A stretch of 64,000 nucleotides of DNA from assembly GCA_963793265.1 (NCBI GenBank), contig CAWBZI010000002.1, positions 480,001 to 544,000 of the forward strand, read 5' to 3'. Shown here piece after piece: positions 39,662 through 49,919 of the stretch (position 1 is the first letter of the stretch; every line of letters begins with the position of its first letter). The notes under the pieces are model-generated. The model was not told the origin of the DNA. It was given only the letters and a program-made list of their open reading frames with translations, and made no database searches. The stretch is from an uncultured cyanobacterium. Its GTDB lineage: Bacteria > Cyanobacteriota > Cyanobacteriia > Phormidesmidales > Phormidesmidaceae. The position numbers and the translations under genes were made by a program.

Positions 39662-40528
39662 TTACAAGTTAGCCCGACGAAGAAACGGGACAATGGCTTC
39701 AGCTACTTTTTCGGCCCAGTCTTCCTGAGCATAGTGACCAGTTTCATCAAGTTTCACCAGCTCGCCGTCATCCAATATTTTTACAAAGCTTTCGGCAAGG
39801 CTCACAGATAGCCACTTGTCATCAGTGCCCCAAACGATAAGCGTCGGTGACTGCCAATCTTTAAAGCCTTTATCGATATTAGCCATTACGGTTGGAAGCT
39901 GAAGGTTTTTAACGGTGGCCTGGAGCGATCGCCCCACATCCGAACTTTTCAAAAACGGCTGCCGATACACCTCCAAATCCTCATCTTTCACCGTATAGGG
40001 CCCGCCCCCCTCTAGCGTTCTATCCACCAAAATAGGATCTTGCGTAAGCACCTGACCCAGCAGCGGAAAGCCAAACTGCGCAATCTTAAATGGCAGCTTC
40101 GCCTCAGCGGTGAGCGGCGTATTTAAAATCACTAGCCGCTCGATTTTCTCAGGATGCTTTGCGGCATACAGCAGGCCAACCGAGCCTAAAAAGCCCTGAA
40201 CCACCAGCGTGAACCGATTAATTTCTAGCACCGCTAGCCACTTTTCAAACGCTGCTACAAAAGCATCTGGCGTGTAGGCAAACTCGCTTTTGTCTGGCTT
40301 AGCAGAATAGCCGTGGCCGATCCAATCAGGTGCGATCGCCCGAAAACCAGCCTCAGCTAAAGGCCCCATCACATTCCGCCAGCTATAGCCCTGCGATACA
40401 AGCCCGTGTAGCAGCACCACTGGTAGCTTCCCCTGTTCGTTCATCGGCAGCGCCTCCCGATAAAACCACCGCAGCCCGCCCGCCTCACATTCCTGCTCAG
40501 TAATTTTTACGCCGCCAATTTTTAACAC
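39662..40528 (-). CDS. Alpha/beta fold hydrolase (haloalkane dehalogenase-like)
   Basis: LLHG, APDWIGHGYS, WGTDD, GHYAQED. Confidence 0.9.
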   Translation of the reverse strand: MLKIGGVKITEQECEAGGLRWFYREALPMNEQGKLPVVLLHGLVSQGYSWRNVMGPLAEAGFRAIAPDWIGHGYSAKPDKSEFAYTPDAFVAAFEKWLAVLEINRFTLVVQGFLGSVGLLYAAKHPEKIERLVILNTPLTAEAKLPFKIAQFGFPLLGQVLTQDPILVDRTLEGGGPYTVKDEDLEVYRQPFLKSSDVGRSLQATVKNLQLPTVMANIDKGFKDWQSPTLIVWGTDDKWLSVSLAESFVKILDDGELVKLDETGHYAQEDWAEKVAEAIVPFLRRANL

Positions 40529-40719
40529 GCTACTAGCCCTACATACGATAGCTTTGAGCTTACCGCTCTAGCGATCCTTGAATCAAACCACCTGAGTAGA
40601 GCAATAGAGGCAATCACCAGCCCGAAACGACACTATGAGGCTCTTAGCCTGCTGCGCCGCTGTAGGGTCAAAATGCTAGGGTGTTTAAGCTGACATTTCC
40701 CTTCGATACCGCTTTCATC

Positions 40720-41154
40720 ATGAGTGCTTCCCCCTCCTCAGAGCCTGCAATAGCTCGCCTCAAAGAGATTCGCCCCGAGCTACTGCGGCTGCACAAAGCC
40801 CTGCTTGACTCAGAGCGCGTTGTCTACGAGCAAACTCACGGGCCAATTGCCAACAGCGGCGAATTTTTTCGCCTGGTTATAGACGACGAAGCCTTTAGCT
40901 GGCTACGCCCTATTTCACAATTTATCGTTCAAATAGACGAACTGCTTGACCTGCGCAAAAAAGACAAAATAGAGCCCGAAAGCGCCGCTATCTTGCTAGA
41001 AAAAGCGCGGCTGATGATCAAGCCCAATGAGCACTCACTTACGCCTTTAGGCGAGCATTACTTTCAGGCCATTCAGCGCGACCCCAACATTGCGCTTATG
41101 CACGCCGACATTTCTCAAAAGCTCAAAAAGAAAAATACCCTCGAAGAAGAATAG
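40720..41154 (+). CDS. Conserved hypothetical protein
   Basis: LLRLHKALLDSER..YE...G, FSWLRPISQFIVQIDE; helical. Confidence 0.75.
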   Translation: MSASPSSEPAIARLKEIRPELLRLHKALLDSERVVYEQTHGPIANSGEFFRLVIDDEAFSWLRPISQFIVQIDELLDLRKKDKIEPESAAILLEKARLMIKPNEHSLTPLGEHYFQAIQRDPNIALMHADISQKLKKKNTLEEE

Positions 41155-41307
41155 ACAAAGAAGGTTTCCAAAGCTGAAAATTTATCTCAGTTTCGTAACC
41201 TTCTTCACCACGACAAGTCCTCTCTTTTAGGATCTACACCAGAGACTGACGAATTCTCAAATCCAGGTTCGTTAGGGTCTAGAAAGCCTTTTCAAGAGAC
41301 TATTTTC

Positions 41308-41595
41308 GTGACCGATTCAGTTCTTCAGTTTGTATTTACACAGCTCGCCAAGTTTATTGTCGGCATTCAGCCCTTTTTACCCGTGATTTGCCTGGTCTTA
41401 GCCTGGGCTATCACTGCCATGGTCATTCTCAACATTGCCGCCGCCGTCAAGCAGGGTGCTCAGAACATTCGCCAAATGCACCGCATTCCCTGCGCCAAAT
41501 GCCGCTACGCCACTCGCGACTATCATCTCAAGTGCTCTGTGCATCCGCGAGAAGCTTTTTCAGAAGAGGCCATTAGCTGCCTGGACTTTGAGTAA
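41308..41595 (+). CDS. Small cyanobacterial membrane protein with Cys-rich C-terminus
   Basis: TM helix then MHRIPCAKCRY...LKCSVHP...EAISCLDF. Confidence 0.75.
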   Translation: MTDSVLQFVFTQLAKFIVGIQPFLPVICLVLAWAITAMVILNIAAAVKQGAQNIRQMHRIPCAKCRYATRDYHLKCSVHPREAFSEEAISCLDFE

Positions 41596-41800
41596 AAACC
41601 GACAACGCATCGTCCGTAAAGCTGCGCTAGCATTCATCTTGCGCTGATTCTATAGTGAAGAATAGACGTAGGGTGATATCAAGCGTTTATATTTGGGTCG
41701 GGGAATGCTCAAATATACGGATACAAAGCTGGCTGAGGGGTGTAATGCCTAAAGCAGCAAAAGCGGTAAAGGCAAACTTAACGGGCGATCTAGTAGGTTC

Positions 41801-42694
41801 ATGTTTTCAATCTTCATCCTGACTCACAACGAAGAGTTAGATATTGCCGCCTGCATTGAGTCAGCCGCTCTGAGTGACGATGTAATTTTAGTCGATTCAT
41901 TTAGCAGCGATCGCACCATAGAAATCGCTGAACGCTATCCCGCCGTCCGCATCTTTCAACATGCCTTCGAGAGCCACGGCAAACAGCGTACCTGGATGCT
42001 GCGCAACATCCCGACCAAGCATCCCTGGTCATACATTCTAGAAGCCGACGAACGCATGACCCCTGAGCTGTTTGTCGAATGCGAAGTAGCAGCCGCCTCG
42101 GGCAGACACGCAGGCTACTACGCCGCTGAGCGCGTCATGTTCATGGACAGATGGATTAAGCACAGCACCCAATATCCTCGCTACCAGCTCAGGCTGCTCG
42201 ATAAAAAGCACGTTTGGTTCGACGACTATGGCCACACCGAACGCGAAGTTATCAACGGCTCTCACGGCTTTTTAAAAGAAACCTATCCTCACTACACCTG
42301 CGGTAAGGGCTTTAGCCGCTGGATAGACAAGCACAATCGCTACTCAACCGACGAGGCTCAGGAAACAATTAGGCAGCTTTCTGGAAAGAAGAATATTCAA
42401 TGGAAGTCCCTCTTCGTCGGCAAGTCTGAGGTAGAGCGCCGCCGTGCGCTAAAGAATCTATCGCTACGCATTCCCGGTCGCCCGGTCGTGCGGTTTATAT
42501 ACATGTACTTTTTCTTGGGTGGCATTCGTGATGGCCGCGCCGGGTTTACGTGGTGTATGCTTCAGGCTTTTTATGAGTATCTAATTTTGCTTAAGGTGTG
42601 GGAGATGCGGCACTATGAGGTGGGCGAGGTGATCGCCCCACCTGCACCTGTTGCTTCAGAGGCAGCTAGCGCCTCACACTCCAAAGCCGCTTAG
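41801..42694 (+). CDS. Glycosyltransferase family 2
   Basis: ILTHNEE, VDSFSSDRT, LEADE, KHNRYS, DGRAG. Confidence 0.9.
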   Translation: MFSIFILTHNEELDIAACIESAALSDDVILVDSFSSDRTIEIAERYPAVRIFQHAFESHGKQRTWMLRNIPTKHPWSYILEADERMTPELFVECEVAAASGRHAGYYAAERVMFMDRWIKHSTQYPRYQLRLLDKKHVWFDDYGHTEREVINGSHGFLKETYPHYTCGKGFSRWIDKHNRYSTDEAQETIRQLSGKKNIQWKSLFVGKSEVERRRALKNLSLRIPGRPVVRFIYMYFFLGGIRDGRAGFTWCMLQAFYEYLILLKVWEMRHYEVGEVIAPPAPVASEAASASHSKAA

Positions 42695-43416
42695 GCATTG
42701 TCCATTTCAGTCGCCAAATCGGCCTCGCTAATATAGTCGTCTATAAGCTGATCGACGGCTTCTTTTTGAGCAGAAGGAATGTTGAGGGTGACGTAGCGGC
42801 GTGAGAGAAATGAGCGAGGAACCACCCGCAAAATTAAGGTGCTAGGATTGTCATCGTCCCAGCCAAAAGCTTCTACTCTGTCCCAGGGTTGCCAGGCGTA
42901 GAGGTAGGAGAGGCCGTTTTCTCGGATTTCTAGATCGCTGAGGCCGAGGAAGAGAAATAGGAGTGCGATCGCCCACCAAAAAGCAATTTCGACTAAACCT
43001 GAGGTAATTCCTAAAGGTCTTGCGAGTGCGCCGGTAATCGTGTCTAGCAAAGATAGGGTCATTGCGATCGCAATTCCCGTTTGCACTAGGCCAATCCAAA
43101 AGAGAATTTTATTCTGCGAGGTGCGCCCGACTTCGAGCTTGAGTTCGCCCGCACTTTTTTTGCGAAAAGGCCAGCTCAACAGCCAGATGAAGACACCGAC
43201 GCTGTAGAGGCCGCATAGGATAATGAAACCATAGCGGCCAATCGATGAGAATAAGAGGGCGATTACCCCGCCTATCAATAGCCACGAACTGCTGTAATAC
43301 AAAATTCGTCGAGCAGGCGCTGGCCCCAACGTCGCTCTGGCAATCAAATAGCCTATCCACAACAGGGCTACAATTACGGTCAGTAAAACAGTCAGAAACG
43401 CAAAATTTAGGCTCAC
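42691..43416 (-). CDS. Membrane protein with DUF5673/PH-like C-terminal domain
   Basis: About 5 TM segments then EIRENGL...PWDRVEAFGW. Confidence 0.65.
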   Translation of the reverse strand: MSLNFAFLTVLLTVIVALLWIGYLIARATLGPAPARRILYYSSSWLLIGGVIALLFSSIGRYGFIILCGLYSVGVFIWLLSWPFRKKSAGELKLEVGRTSQNKILFWIGLVQTGIAIAMTLSLLDTITGALARPLGITSGLVEIAFWWAIALLFLFLGLSDLEIRENGLSYLYAWQPWDRVEAFGWDDDNPSTLILRVVPRSFLSRRYVTLNIPSAQKEAVDQLIDDYISEADLATEMDNA

Positions 43417-43514
43417 GGCAGGCTATTTTTTCTAGTTTTTGGCAGGGTAGAAGCGAATAACAGTCGCATTTTATACGCTTTGGCGACAGCCTACCACGCT
43501 AATTCCCTAACGTC

Positions 43515-44912
43515 TCATCGCTCGATTGTTTCTTCTAATGCCTGCCGAATCTCTTCAGTGACAGTCGCAACAGCAGCGCGTCCAGCCTTGCGATTTTGCT
43601 GATAGTCCGCAAGCTTTGGCGCGATCGCAATCGGCGGCTGCACCGTCATTTTTATCCACCGTTGCCCTAGCCTGGGTCGGCCCGGCAGCTTGTCTCCACT
43701 CAGCCGCGCCAGCATATCAGACATCAGCAGCGTAGTCTCTGCGCAGCGCTCAAACGAAGGTTTCTCCTTAAGGTAGTGACCATCAACGGCGACAAAGCTC
43801 TCGACCATTCTCATATGCAGCTCCCGCAAACTTGCTTCCTGCGCGGCCCAGTCGGCTAGACCCTTTTGCAGCGGCGGCAGCGTGTCTAAATCTGGCAGAT
43901 CGTCCCGGTAGATATAGCTCCAGCTTGCTTCTTCCAAACGCCGACAGCGATCGACTAAGGTACCTTTATTCGGTAGATCAAAAAAATGCTCAGACACCTG
44001 CAAAGTCTGATCTAACAATTGCTGCAATCGCTCAGAACAACCGTTTTCATCCGCAGAGACTTCTGAGGCTGCAAATTTCTGGTGATAGCAGCGCGTGTAA
44101 AACGCCTCCATCGTTTCGATCAAATGCTCACCCAAACGCAGTATCCGCAGATAGCAGCCTTTGTCTAAAGTCGGCGCACTTAGCGGCGGTTGAACAAGGC
44201 CACTTTTTGACTCTAGCTCAGAGAGAAGCTCGCTTAATTTTGTCCAGTTTGGCTGCACGTAGCGATATTGAATGCCGATCGGAATAATGAAAACGTCTTC
44301 AGTGCGATCGCTCTTCTGCAAATCTTCCGCGCACCAAAACCCAAGCTGAGCCACCCCCGGCTCCAACGGCCCCAGCCTCTCACTATGTCCATTCGTCGCT
44401 CCTTCTGGAGCAACCACCAGCGGCATCTCCCCTTCTACCATTAGCCTCCGCGCCGCTTTGAGCCCCACCCAGTCAGGTCTGCGCCCCCGCCGAATCGGCG
44501 TGCCCCCAATCCGAGAAAGCAGCCAGCCAATACTTCTACCCGCCCAGATTGTCATCCCCCGCTCATAAATGAAGTGCGTATGCACCGGCTTTTTGAGCGA
44601 AATACCTTTTTTCTTTGCAGCGCTGGCAACCGCTCTAGAACACAGATACAGTCCGCTTAACGGGTCGTCAACTTCCACATGACGCACGGCCATTAAAAAA
44701 CGAGCTGAGCCAGCCTCGAACTGTTCGTAAAGCTTGACCAAACGCTCGACGTTTTCAACTTCAATGCGTTGAATACCAACCGGTAGCCAGGGGCGAATGC
44801 GAACCCGCAGCAAAAAGGGGAGCGCAAAATGTACGGCCCTCATCACCCAGGGGTTATAAGCCGCTGGAATGAAATGAAGCGGTGGCTTTACCTGTCGAAC
44901 AAATTGAGGCAT
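43515..44912 (-). CDS. Glycerol-phosphate/phospholipid acyltransferase family protein
   Basis: RHVEVDD (HxxxxD), IRRG, APEGATNG, IPIGIQY. Confidence 0.85.
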   Translation of the reverse strand: MPQFVRQVKPPLHFIPAAYNPWVMRAVHFALPFLLRVRIRPWLPVGIQRIEVENVERLVKLYEQFEAGSARFLMAVRHVEVDDPLSGLYLCSRAVASAAKKKGISLKKPVHTHFIYERGMTIWAGRSIGWLLSRIGGTPIRRGRRPDWVGLKAARRLMVEGEMPLVVAPEGATNGHSERLGPLEPGVAQLGFWCAEDLQKSDRTEDVFIIPIGIQYRYVQPNWTKLSELLSELESKSGLVQPPLSAPTLDKGCYLRILRLGEHLIETMEAFYTRCYHQKFAASEVSADENGCSERLQQLLDQTLQVSEHFFDLPNKGTLVDRCRRLEEASWSYIYRDDLPDLDTLPPLQKGLADWAAQEASLRELHMRMVESFVAVDGHYLKEKPSFERCAETTLLMSDMLARLSGDKLPGRPRLGQRWIKMTVQPPIAIAPKLADYQQNRKAGRAAVATVTEEIRQALEETIER

Positions 44913-45031
44913 CGAATGATAGGACTAATAATAAGGGCCATTTACGCAAAAGGACTGAAGCGCCACTTACCAGCGCCCCAGTCCTTATTTATGAGATCAA
45001 GCTATGGCGGCTCAAACGCACGCCAATTTGC

Positions 45032-45517
45032 TTAGTTAGGCACAACTTGCACAATTAGCGATCGCCGATCAAATGTCTGCACTTTGCTCACCTTAGAAAG
45101 ATCCTCTACAACCCGGTTTAGCAAATCAGTCGCGCGATCGCGATGCTGGTGCTCTCGGCCTCTCAGGCGCACCTGAAACTTCACCGAGTCGCCACGTTCT
45201 AGCCAGGCCAAAGCCTTATCAATCCGAACCTGATAGTCAGAGTCGCCAACATTAGGGCGCAGTCTGACCTCTTTTACAGACGTACGGGCGCTTTGCTTTT
45301 GGCGCTTACGGCTTTGATACTGGTGCTTACCGTAATCCAGAATCTTCGCAACCGGATTTTCTTGGTCGGGTGAGACCACCACAAGGTCAAGTTTGGCAGC
45401 CTTGGCAAGTGCCAGTGCCTCTGACGTATCGGTCAGGCCGCGATTCGTACCTTCGTTGTCAATCAGAAGAACCTGCGCGGCTCGGATCTGTTGATTGATG
45501 AGTGGTTTTTTAGCGAT
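45032..45517 (-). CDS. infC: Translation initiation factor IF-3 (non-canonical ATC start)
   Basis: Frame extends upstream of the listed ORF: IAKKPLINQQIRAAQVLLID...DLVVVS...AKILDYGK...KEVRLRPN...LRGRE. AGAGGA lies 7 nt before ATC at 45517. Confidence 0.9.
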   Translation of the reverse strand: MAKKPLINQQIRAAQVLLIDNEGTNRGLTDTSEALALAKAAKLDLVVVSPDQENPVAKILDYGKHQYQSRKRQKQSARTSVKEVRLRPNVGDSDYQVRIDKALAWLERGDSVKFQVRLRGREHQHRDRATDLLNRVVEDLSKVSKVQTFDRRSLIVQVVPN

Positions 45518-45740
45518 TGTATTTTCCTCTTAAAAGAACGCAACAGGGATGTGAAAAATGAGTTTAATCGAATACTGGCACGTGCATTACGTAGATACTT
45601 AATACAAATGCCTGGGTTGACAGCCCATTATAAATGGTATACCCAACATATAGGCTATTTTAAACCAACTTGCCAGAGGCGGATCGCACCCTGGCAATGT
45701 GTCTTTACAATTGAGCCGGTAATTAGACCAGTAGAGCGAG

Positions 45741-47531
45741 CTAAATCCGCACGCAGCCACCGTCAAACAAAGGCACGCTCATGCTGAAGTTCTCGCCGTA
45801 GGTCAGCTTTTGCTCTTCTAGAATGCCGAGGGCAATTTTTTCACCCAAACGAGCAGACTCGTAATAGTCAGTAAAGAAGTGCACGCCAGCCCAGTCACGA
45901 CCGATAGAGATATTAGCCGCGAGCTTGTTCAGCTCACCTTCTACCGTCAGTGCCAGTGAATGATCGACTGACTGTAGAGAGGTGCCATCTTGAGTGTTGA
46001 CGTAGGGCTGAGGCAGTACGTAACCATGATCAAAGAAGGCTTTGAGAATAGTGACGCAAGCGCCTGCAACGGTGGCGTGGCCTGCGCCGTAAGAAGGGTG
46101 CATAGGTGAACCTTCGGCAAATGCCATGGGCAGCAAGTATACATTTTCAGCACCGAATTCCTGCTTGGCCTCGTGGCAGGTGCTCCCTAGCTCAGATAGG
46201 TAGCGCTGGTTTTGGGCTTTGTTGTGAAGCGATACGCTGTGCAGGGTGTCGCTGATCTTATCGCTGATGTGAGCAACTGGGGACAGGCTGGGGGCTTGGG
46301 TGTTGCGCCACTGGTGAATGCGGCCTGCGATCGCCTCAGGACGACAGCGGCGGTGCACATTAAACTTCTGGTAGCGCACTGCTTTGAGCGCACGAGTCGC
46401 CACTTCAGTCACCAAAGATAGGATGTGAGGCCCGCCAAAGTGAGCAAAGCCCTGCTGGTGGTCATGAATATCATCGGCCTGGAAAGGAATGCCAGGATCA
46501 AAGGGTACGCCCATTGCTATCATCGCCAAACACGCGTTGAGGTAGCTCTGATAGAGCGCGTCGTAGTGAACGTAGGTTGCCAAATCGCGAGGGGTCGCAA
46601 TAAAGCGATACTTATTTTCGCCGTCTACATAGGTTTCTTTACCGCGCAGGTCAGCGCCGTTTTGCACGTCTTGCCACCACTCCCAGGTAGTCATGTAGTC
46701 TTTGTGAGGTGTGGCGGTGCGAACTTTGTTGTCGAAGACCATTGCGCCGTAAGCGACTAGGCCATCGAGTACGCCGTCTTTGTCGCCGCCTAGCTCGGGC
46801 GTGCCTCGGCAGAGAAACTGAGAAATGTAGGGGCCTTTGGTGTCGCCAAAGGCGGTGCCGCGAAAGAGGGTTTGAGCTGTGAACTGGCCGCGACGACGAG
46901 CCTTCGCTCTGTCGCTCACAGGCGCACCAGCGGGGATTGGCGTGTCTTTGAACCAGGCTAAATTGTTGAGCCGTTCAATCGCAGCGGCGACGCCTGGGTT
47001 GCTGTCAAATTCAGCAAAAGGAACGTCACGAAGCAGCGCCATCTCGTACACTTCAGCCACTTCAGCGACGTATTCATCACTGTCTACAGTCGGTGCAGGT
47101 GGCATCGTAATGGACTGAGCGTCCGGCCCTTCAAGATCAAACAAAAGACCAGCGCCTGCACTCTCCCAGCCTCTAACGGTCACGTCATGCTGCTGAGTGT
47201 ATTGAGACTTCCATTCAATCGGCTCGCCTTTGACGGATCCTTTGGGGCCAAGCGGCGTGTCCTGAAAATCTCTGGGATTGCCTGAATCAATGCCGCGAAT
47301 GAACTGTTGGTAGTCAGCAGGATCGCAGATGAGGCCGTCTTTTTCGTCGTGGGGTAGCCCTTTGGTGTAGTTTGCCAAATGAGAGGCTTTGCTGCCTCGA
47401 ACCGTTTGGCCTTCATCAAAGCGGTAGCGTTGCTCTTCGCCGTTGGCCTTATGTTGCTCATGGGCTCGGTCGTAAGCGAGCTTGGCAGCAGCGGTGCGAA
47501 GATCTAATGACTGGTGCTTGCGTGAGTTCAT
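45741..47531 (-). CDS. Vanadium-dependent haloperoxidase (bromoperoxidase-like)
   Basis: QKFNVHRRCRPEA, HPSYGAGHA, SIGRDWAGVHF vanadate-binding motifs; N-terminal YTKGLPHD. Confidence 0.92.
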   Translation of the reverse strand: MNSRKHQSLDLRTAAAKLAYDRAHEQHKANGEEQRYRFDEGQTVRGSKASHLANYTKGLPHDEKDGLICDPADYQQFIRGIDSGNPRDFQDTPLGPKGSVKGEPIEWKSQYTQQHDVTVRGWESAGAGLLFDLEGPDAQSITMPPAPTVDSDEYVAEVAEVYEMALLRDVPFAEFDSNPGVAAAIERLNNLAWFKDTPIPAGAPVSDRAKARRRGQFTAQTLFRGTAFGDTKGPYISQFLCRGTPELGGDKDGVLDGLVAYGAMVFDNKVRTATPHKDYMTTWEWWQDVQNGADLRGKETYVDGENKYRFIATPRDLATYVHYDALYQSYLNACLAMIAMGVPFDPGIPFQADDIHDHQQGFAHFGGPHILSLVTEVATRALKAVRYQKFNVHRRCRPEAIAGRIHQWRNTQAPSLSPVAHISDKISDTLHSVSLHNKAQNQRYLSELGSTCHEAKQEFGAENVYLLPMAFAEGSPMHPSYGAGHATVAGACVTILKAFFDHGYVLPQPYVNTQDGTSLQSVDHSLALTVEGELNKLAANISIGRDWAGVHFFTDYYESARLGEKIALGILEEQKLTYGENFSMSVPLFDGGCVRI

Positions 47532-47682
47532 GTGGGTTGTCTCCTTTACTTAAAGACACGTCGTTTGAGTGATGACACCAATGTATAAAAACTCTTCTAC
47601 AAACCACAGTACCCAGCAGGGTCATCTTGCCATTACTTAACGAAAGCCCAGTTTTCAGCCCATTCTGCTCAAATATCCGCCT

Positions 47683-49332
47683 TTATACGCCTACCGACAA
47701 AAACCCCCATGTGCCTATGCCGACGCTAAGCCCTATGACCAGCACGACAGATGTAAACCAAGCCGCCATCTTATCGGGGAAGGCATGGATGCGAGAAAGG
47801 CCGCTATAGAGAGTGATTAAAGATTGAGAGAGCGCCCAGAGTGCGGCGATAAGGATAGCGGCGTTAGCAATCCAAATGCCAGAAGGCACCAGCAATCTAC
47901 CGGCTAGCTCGTGGGCCAAAGCGCTAAAAGCTGCCAACAGGCCAATTGGGACAACGGCGGTGCCCAGAATGAAGATATCAGCGACCCACAGGCTGCGCAC
48001 CTGTAGCCAAATGCGAGTGAGGGCGATCGCGAGCACCATGGCCACAAACATCATGCCGCCAGAAGCCCACAGCCAGGAAACAACTAGCCAGCTAGAGTTG
48101 GGGGCGTATTGAACCGCGCCCGTAAGAAATAGGATGTTGGCAAGCACCGCCAAACCATAGCCCACACAGCTCGCCTGCCGAGAAGACAGCCTGCGGTACA
48201 GCGGGATCATCTCACCGGCTGGATTGCTCAATAGTCTTAAGGTGGCCCCTGCACCTGAGAAGAGTCGCCAGTGTAAGCCTCGGCGGGGTCGATAGTTTGA
48301 GATGGGCCTTGAGCTAACGCCCGGAGCCCAGTAGGTTTGATGCGATGAAGACGAGAAAGGTCGCTTTATTTGGGGCGCGATATCTTTAGAAGTCGGTTTG
48401 GATGCGTCTCTGCGGTTAGTTTGACTGGGTGGAACAGGCGGGTGAATAGTGGAATTTTGGGACGCAGGACTTTGCGACAGCGGTAGGTCTGAAGCGCGGC
48501 GACGTTGGCTCAAATCTCCTTTTATCGAGGTGCGGCGAGCCCGGCCTGGAATCACTTTAGAGAACTGGCTAGCGATCGCACCTAAAAGCTTGACAGGACG
48601 AGATCGCCCCGCCGTCCCGAACTGCCGCAGATATATTTGTAGCTGCTGATAGCTCGCCAAATGACCCTGCGTTTTATAAAGCTGCGCGGCCTGGCGCAAA
48701 TCTTTAGCAGCCTCGTCTAATTGATGTAAATCCTGGTGGGCAATGCCGCGACGATAGTAGTATTGGGCGTCTTCAGGATCGCAGGTAATCGCGTCTGTAA
48801 AAGCAGCGATCGCACTTTGAACATAGTTCAGCCGGTAGCGCGCAAGGCCCTGGTAGTAGTAGGTTTTAGCTTCTGTGGAGTTAAGTGTGATCGCCCGCTG
48901 GCAGTCAGCTAATACGCCCGAATCATCTTCTAGTAAATACCTGGCCTCAGCGCGACGTAGGTAGGCTTCGGCAAACTGTTCGTCTAGCTCAATCGCTTTG
49001 TTGTAATCATTCAAGGCTGCTCGATAGCGCCGAGACACCGCGTAGCGAATACCGCGAATGTAAAAGTCCGATGGCGTTTGCGGGTTTGTCAGGAACTTTT
49101 TATCACCATAGCCCTGCCGGTACTGATCGTAGCGCTGACGCTGCACCCGATCTATCAGTACCTCGTAAGCCTCTCGCAATGCCTGAAACTGTCTGGCCAA
49201 ACCAGGCTGATTGGGATGTAAATCTGGGTGGCACTGCCTGGCCAGCCGTCGAAACGCCGTTTTAATTTCTCGACGGCTCGCAGTTTCGGGCAGGCGTAGG
49301 CGTCGGTAATAATCGCCGGTAGAAGAGGGCAT
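47683..49332 (-). CDS. DnaJ-domain/TPR protein with C-terminal membrane domain
   Basis: J domain with HPD, about 4 TPRs, low-complexity linker, about 5 TM helices. Confidence 0.88.
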   Translation of the reverse strand: MPSSTGDYYRRLRLPETASRREIKTAFRRLARQCHPDLHPNQPGLARQFQALREAYEVLIDRVQRQRYDQYRQGYGDKKFLTNPQTPSDFYIRGIRYAVSRRYRAALNDYNKAIELDEQFAEAYLRRAEARYLLEDDSGVLADCQRAITLNSTEAKTYYYQGLARYRLNYVQSAIAAFTDAITCDPEDAQYYYRRGIAHQDLHQLDEAAKDLRQAAQLYKTQGHLASYQQLQIYLRQFGTAGRSRPVKLLGAIASQFSKVIPGRARRTSIKGDLSQRRRASDLPLSQSPASQNSTIHPPVPPSQTNRRDASKPTSKDIAPQIKRPFSSSSHQTYWAPGVSSRPISNYRPRRGLHWRLFSGAGATLRLLSNPAGEMIPLYRRLSSRQASCVGYGLAVLANILFLTGAVQYAPNSSWLVVSWLWASGGMMFVAMVLAIALTRIWLQVRSLWVADIFILGTAVVPIGLLAAFSALAHELAGRLLVPSGIWIANAAILIAALWALSQSLITLYSGLSRIHAFPDKMAAWFTSVVLVIGLSVGIGTWGFLSVGV

Positions 49333-49601
49333 GAATAAAAGCGCTTAAAGTCGTATTACGAGGCAGAAAGAAGCGTCACTTAAAAGAATAGGAACTTGAA
49401 TAGCATCAAAGATTAATAAGAGATTTGAAACATCGACAATAATAGCGATCGCTAAGCCCTCAGCTTGAGCCAATAACTTAGGCCAATAACTAACTATTTT
49501 AGCCGGTTTCTTTACCCAGACTAATTAGATATACACGCGCGTTTAGGGAAATCCATCAACTTTTTTATACTTGCTGAGCCCAGCCTGTTTTAGTCGATTA
49601 A

Positions 49602-49627
49602 TTGAGTTGACTGCTAGTCAATCTCAA
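49602..49627. promoter_or_regulatory. Palindrome upstream of the metal ABC operon (possible Fur-family box)
   Basis: ttgag-TTGACT-gct-AGTCAA-t-ctcaa. Confidence 0.3.
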
Positions 49628-49919
49628 AAAGTCTTTAAACGGTATCTTCTTATACTTATTTCAGCGATAAAAGTCCGTATTCAACACTCTAATTTCAAGA
49701 CTATCGCTAAGGCGAACCTGATTGAGAAATAATCACCCGTCTTCAGCAGACCTTTACAAAAACTGACAGGTGTTTATACGGATGCTTAAACAGGTATTAA
49801 GTTTGCCCGGATCTACCCCTTCTGACTGAGTGAATCCCTTGAAGCGATCCGATTCGAGGCGTTATTCTCCTTCAGTATCCATATTCAGATGAGCCGCACC
49901 AAGCTTTTAAATTAAAAAC

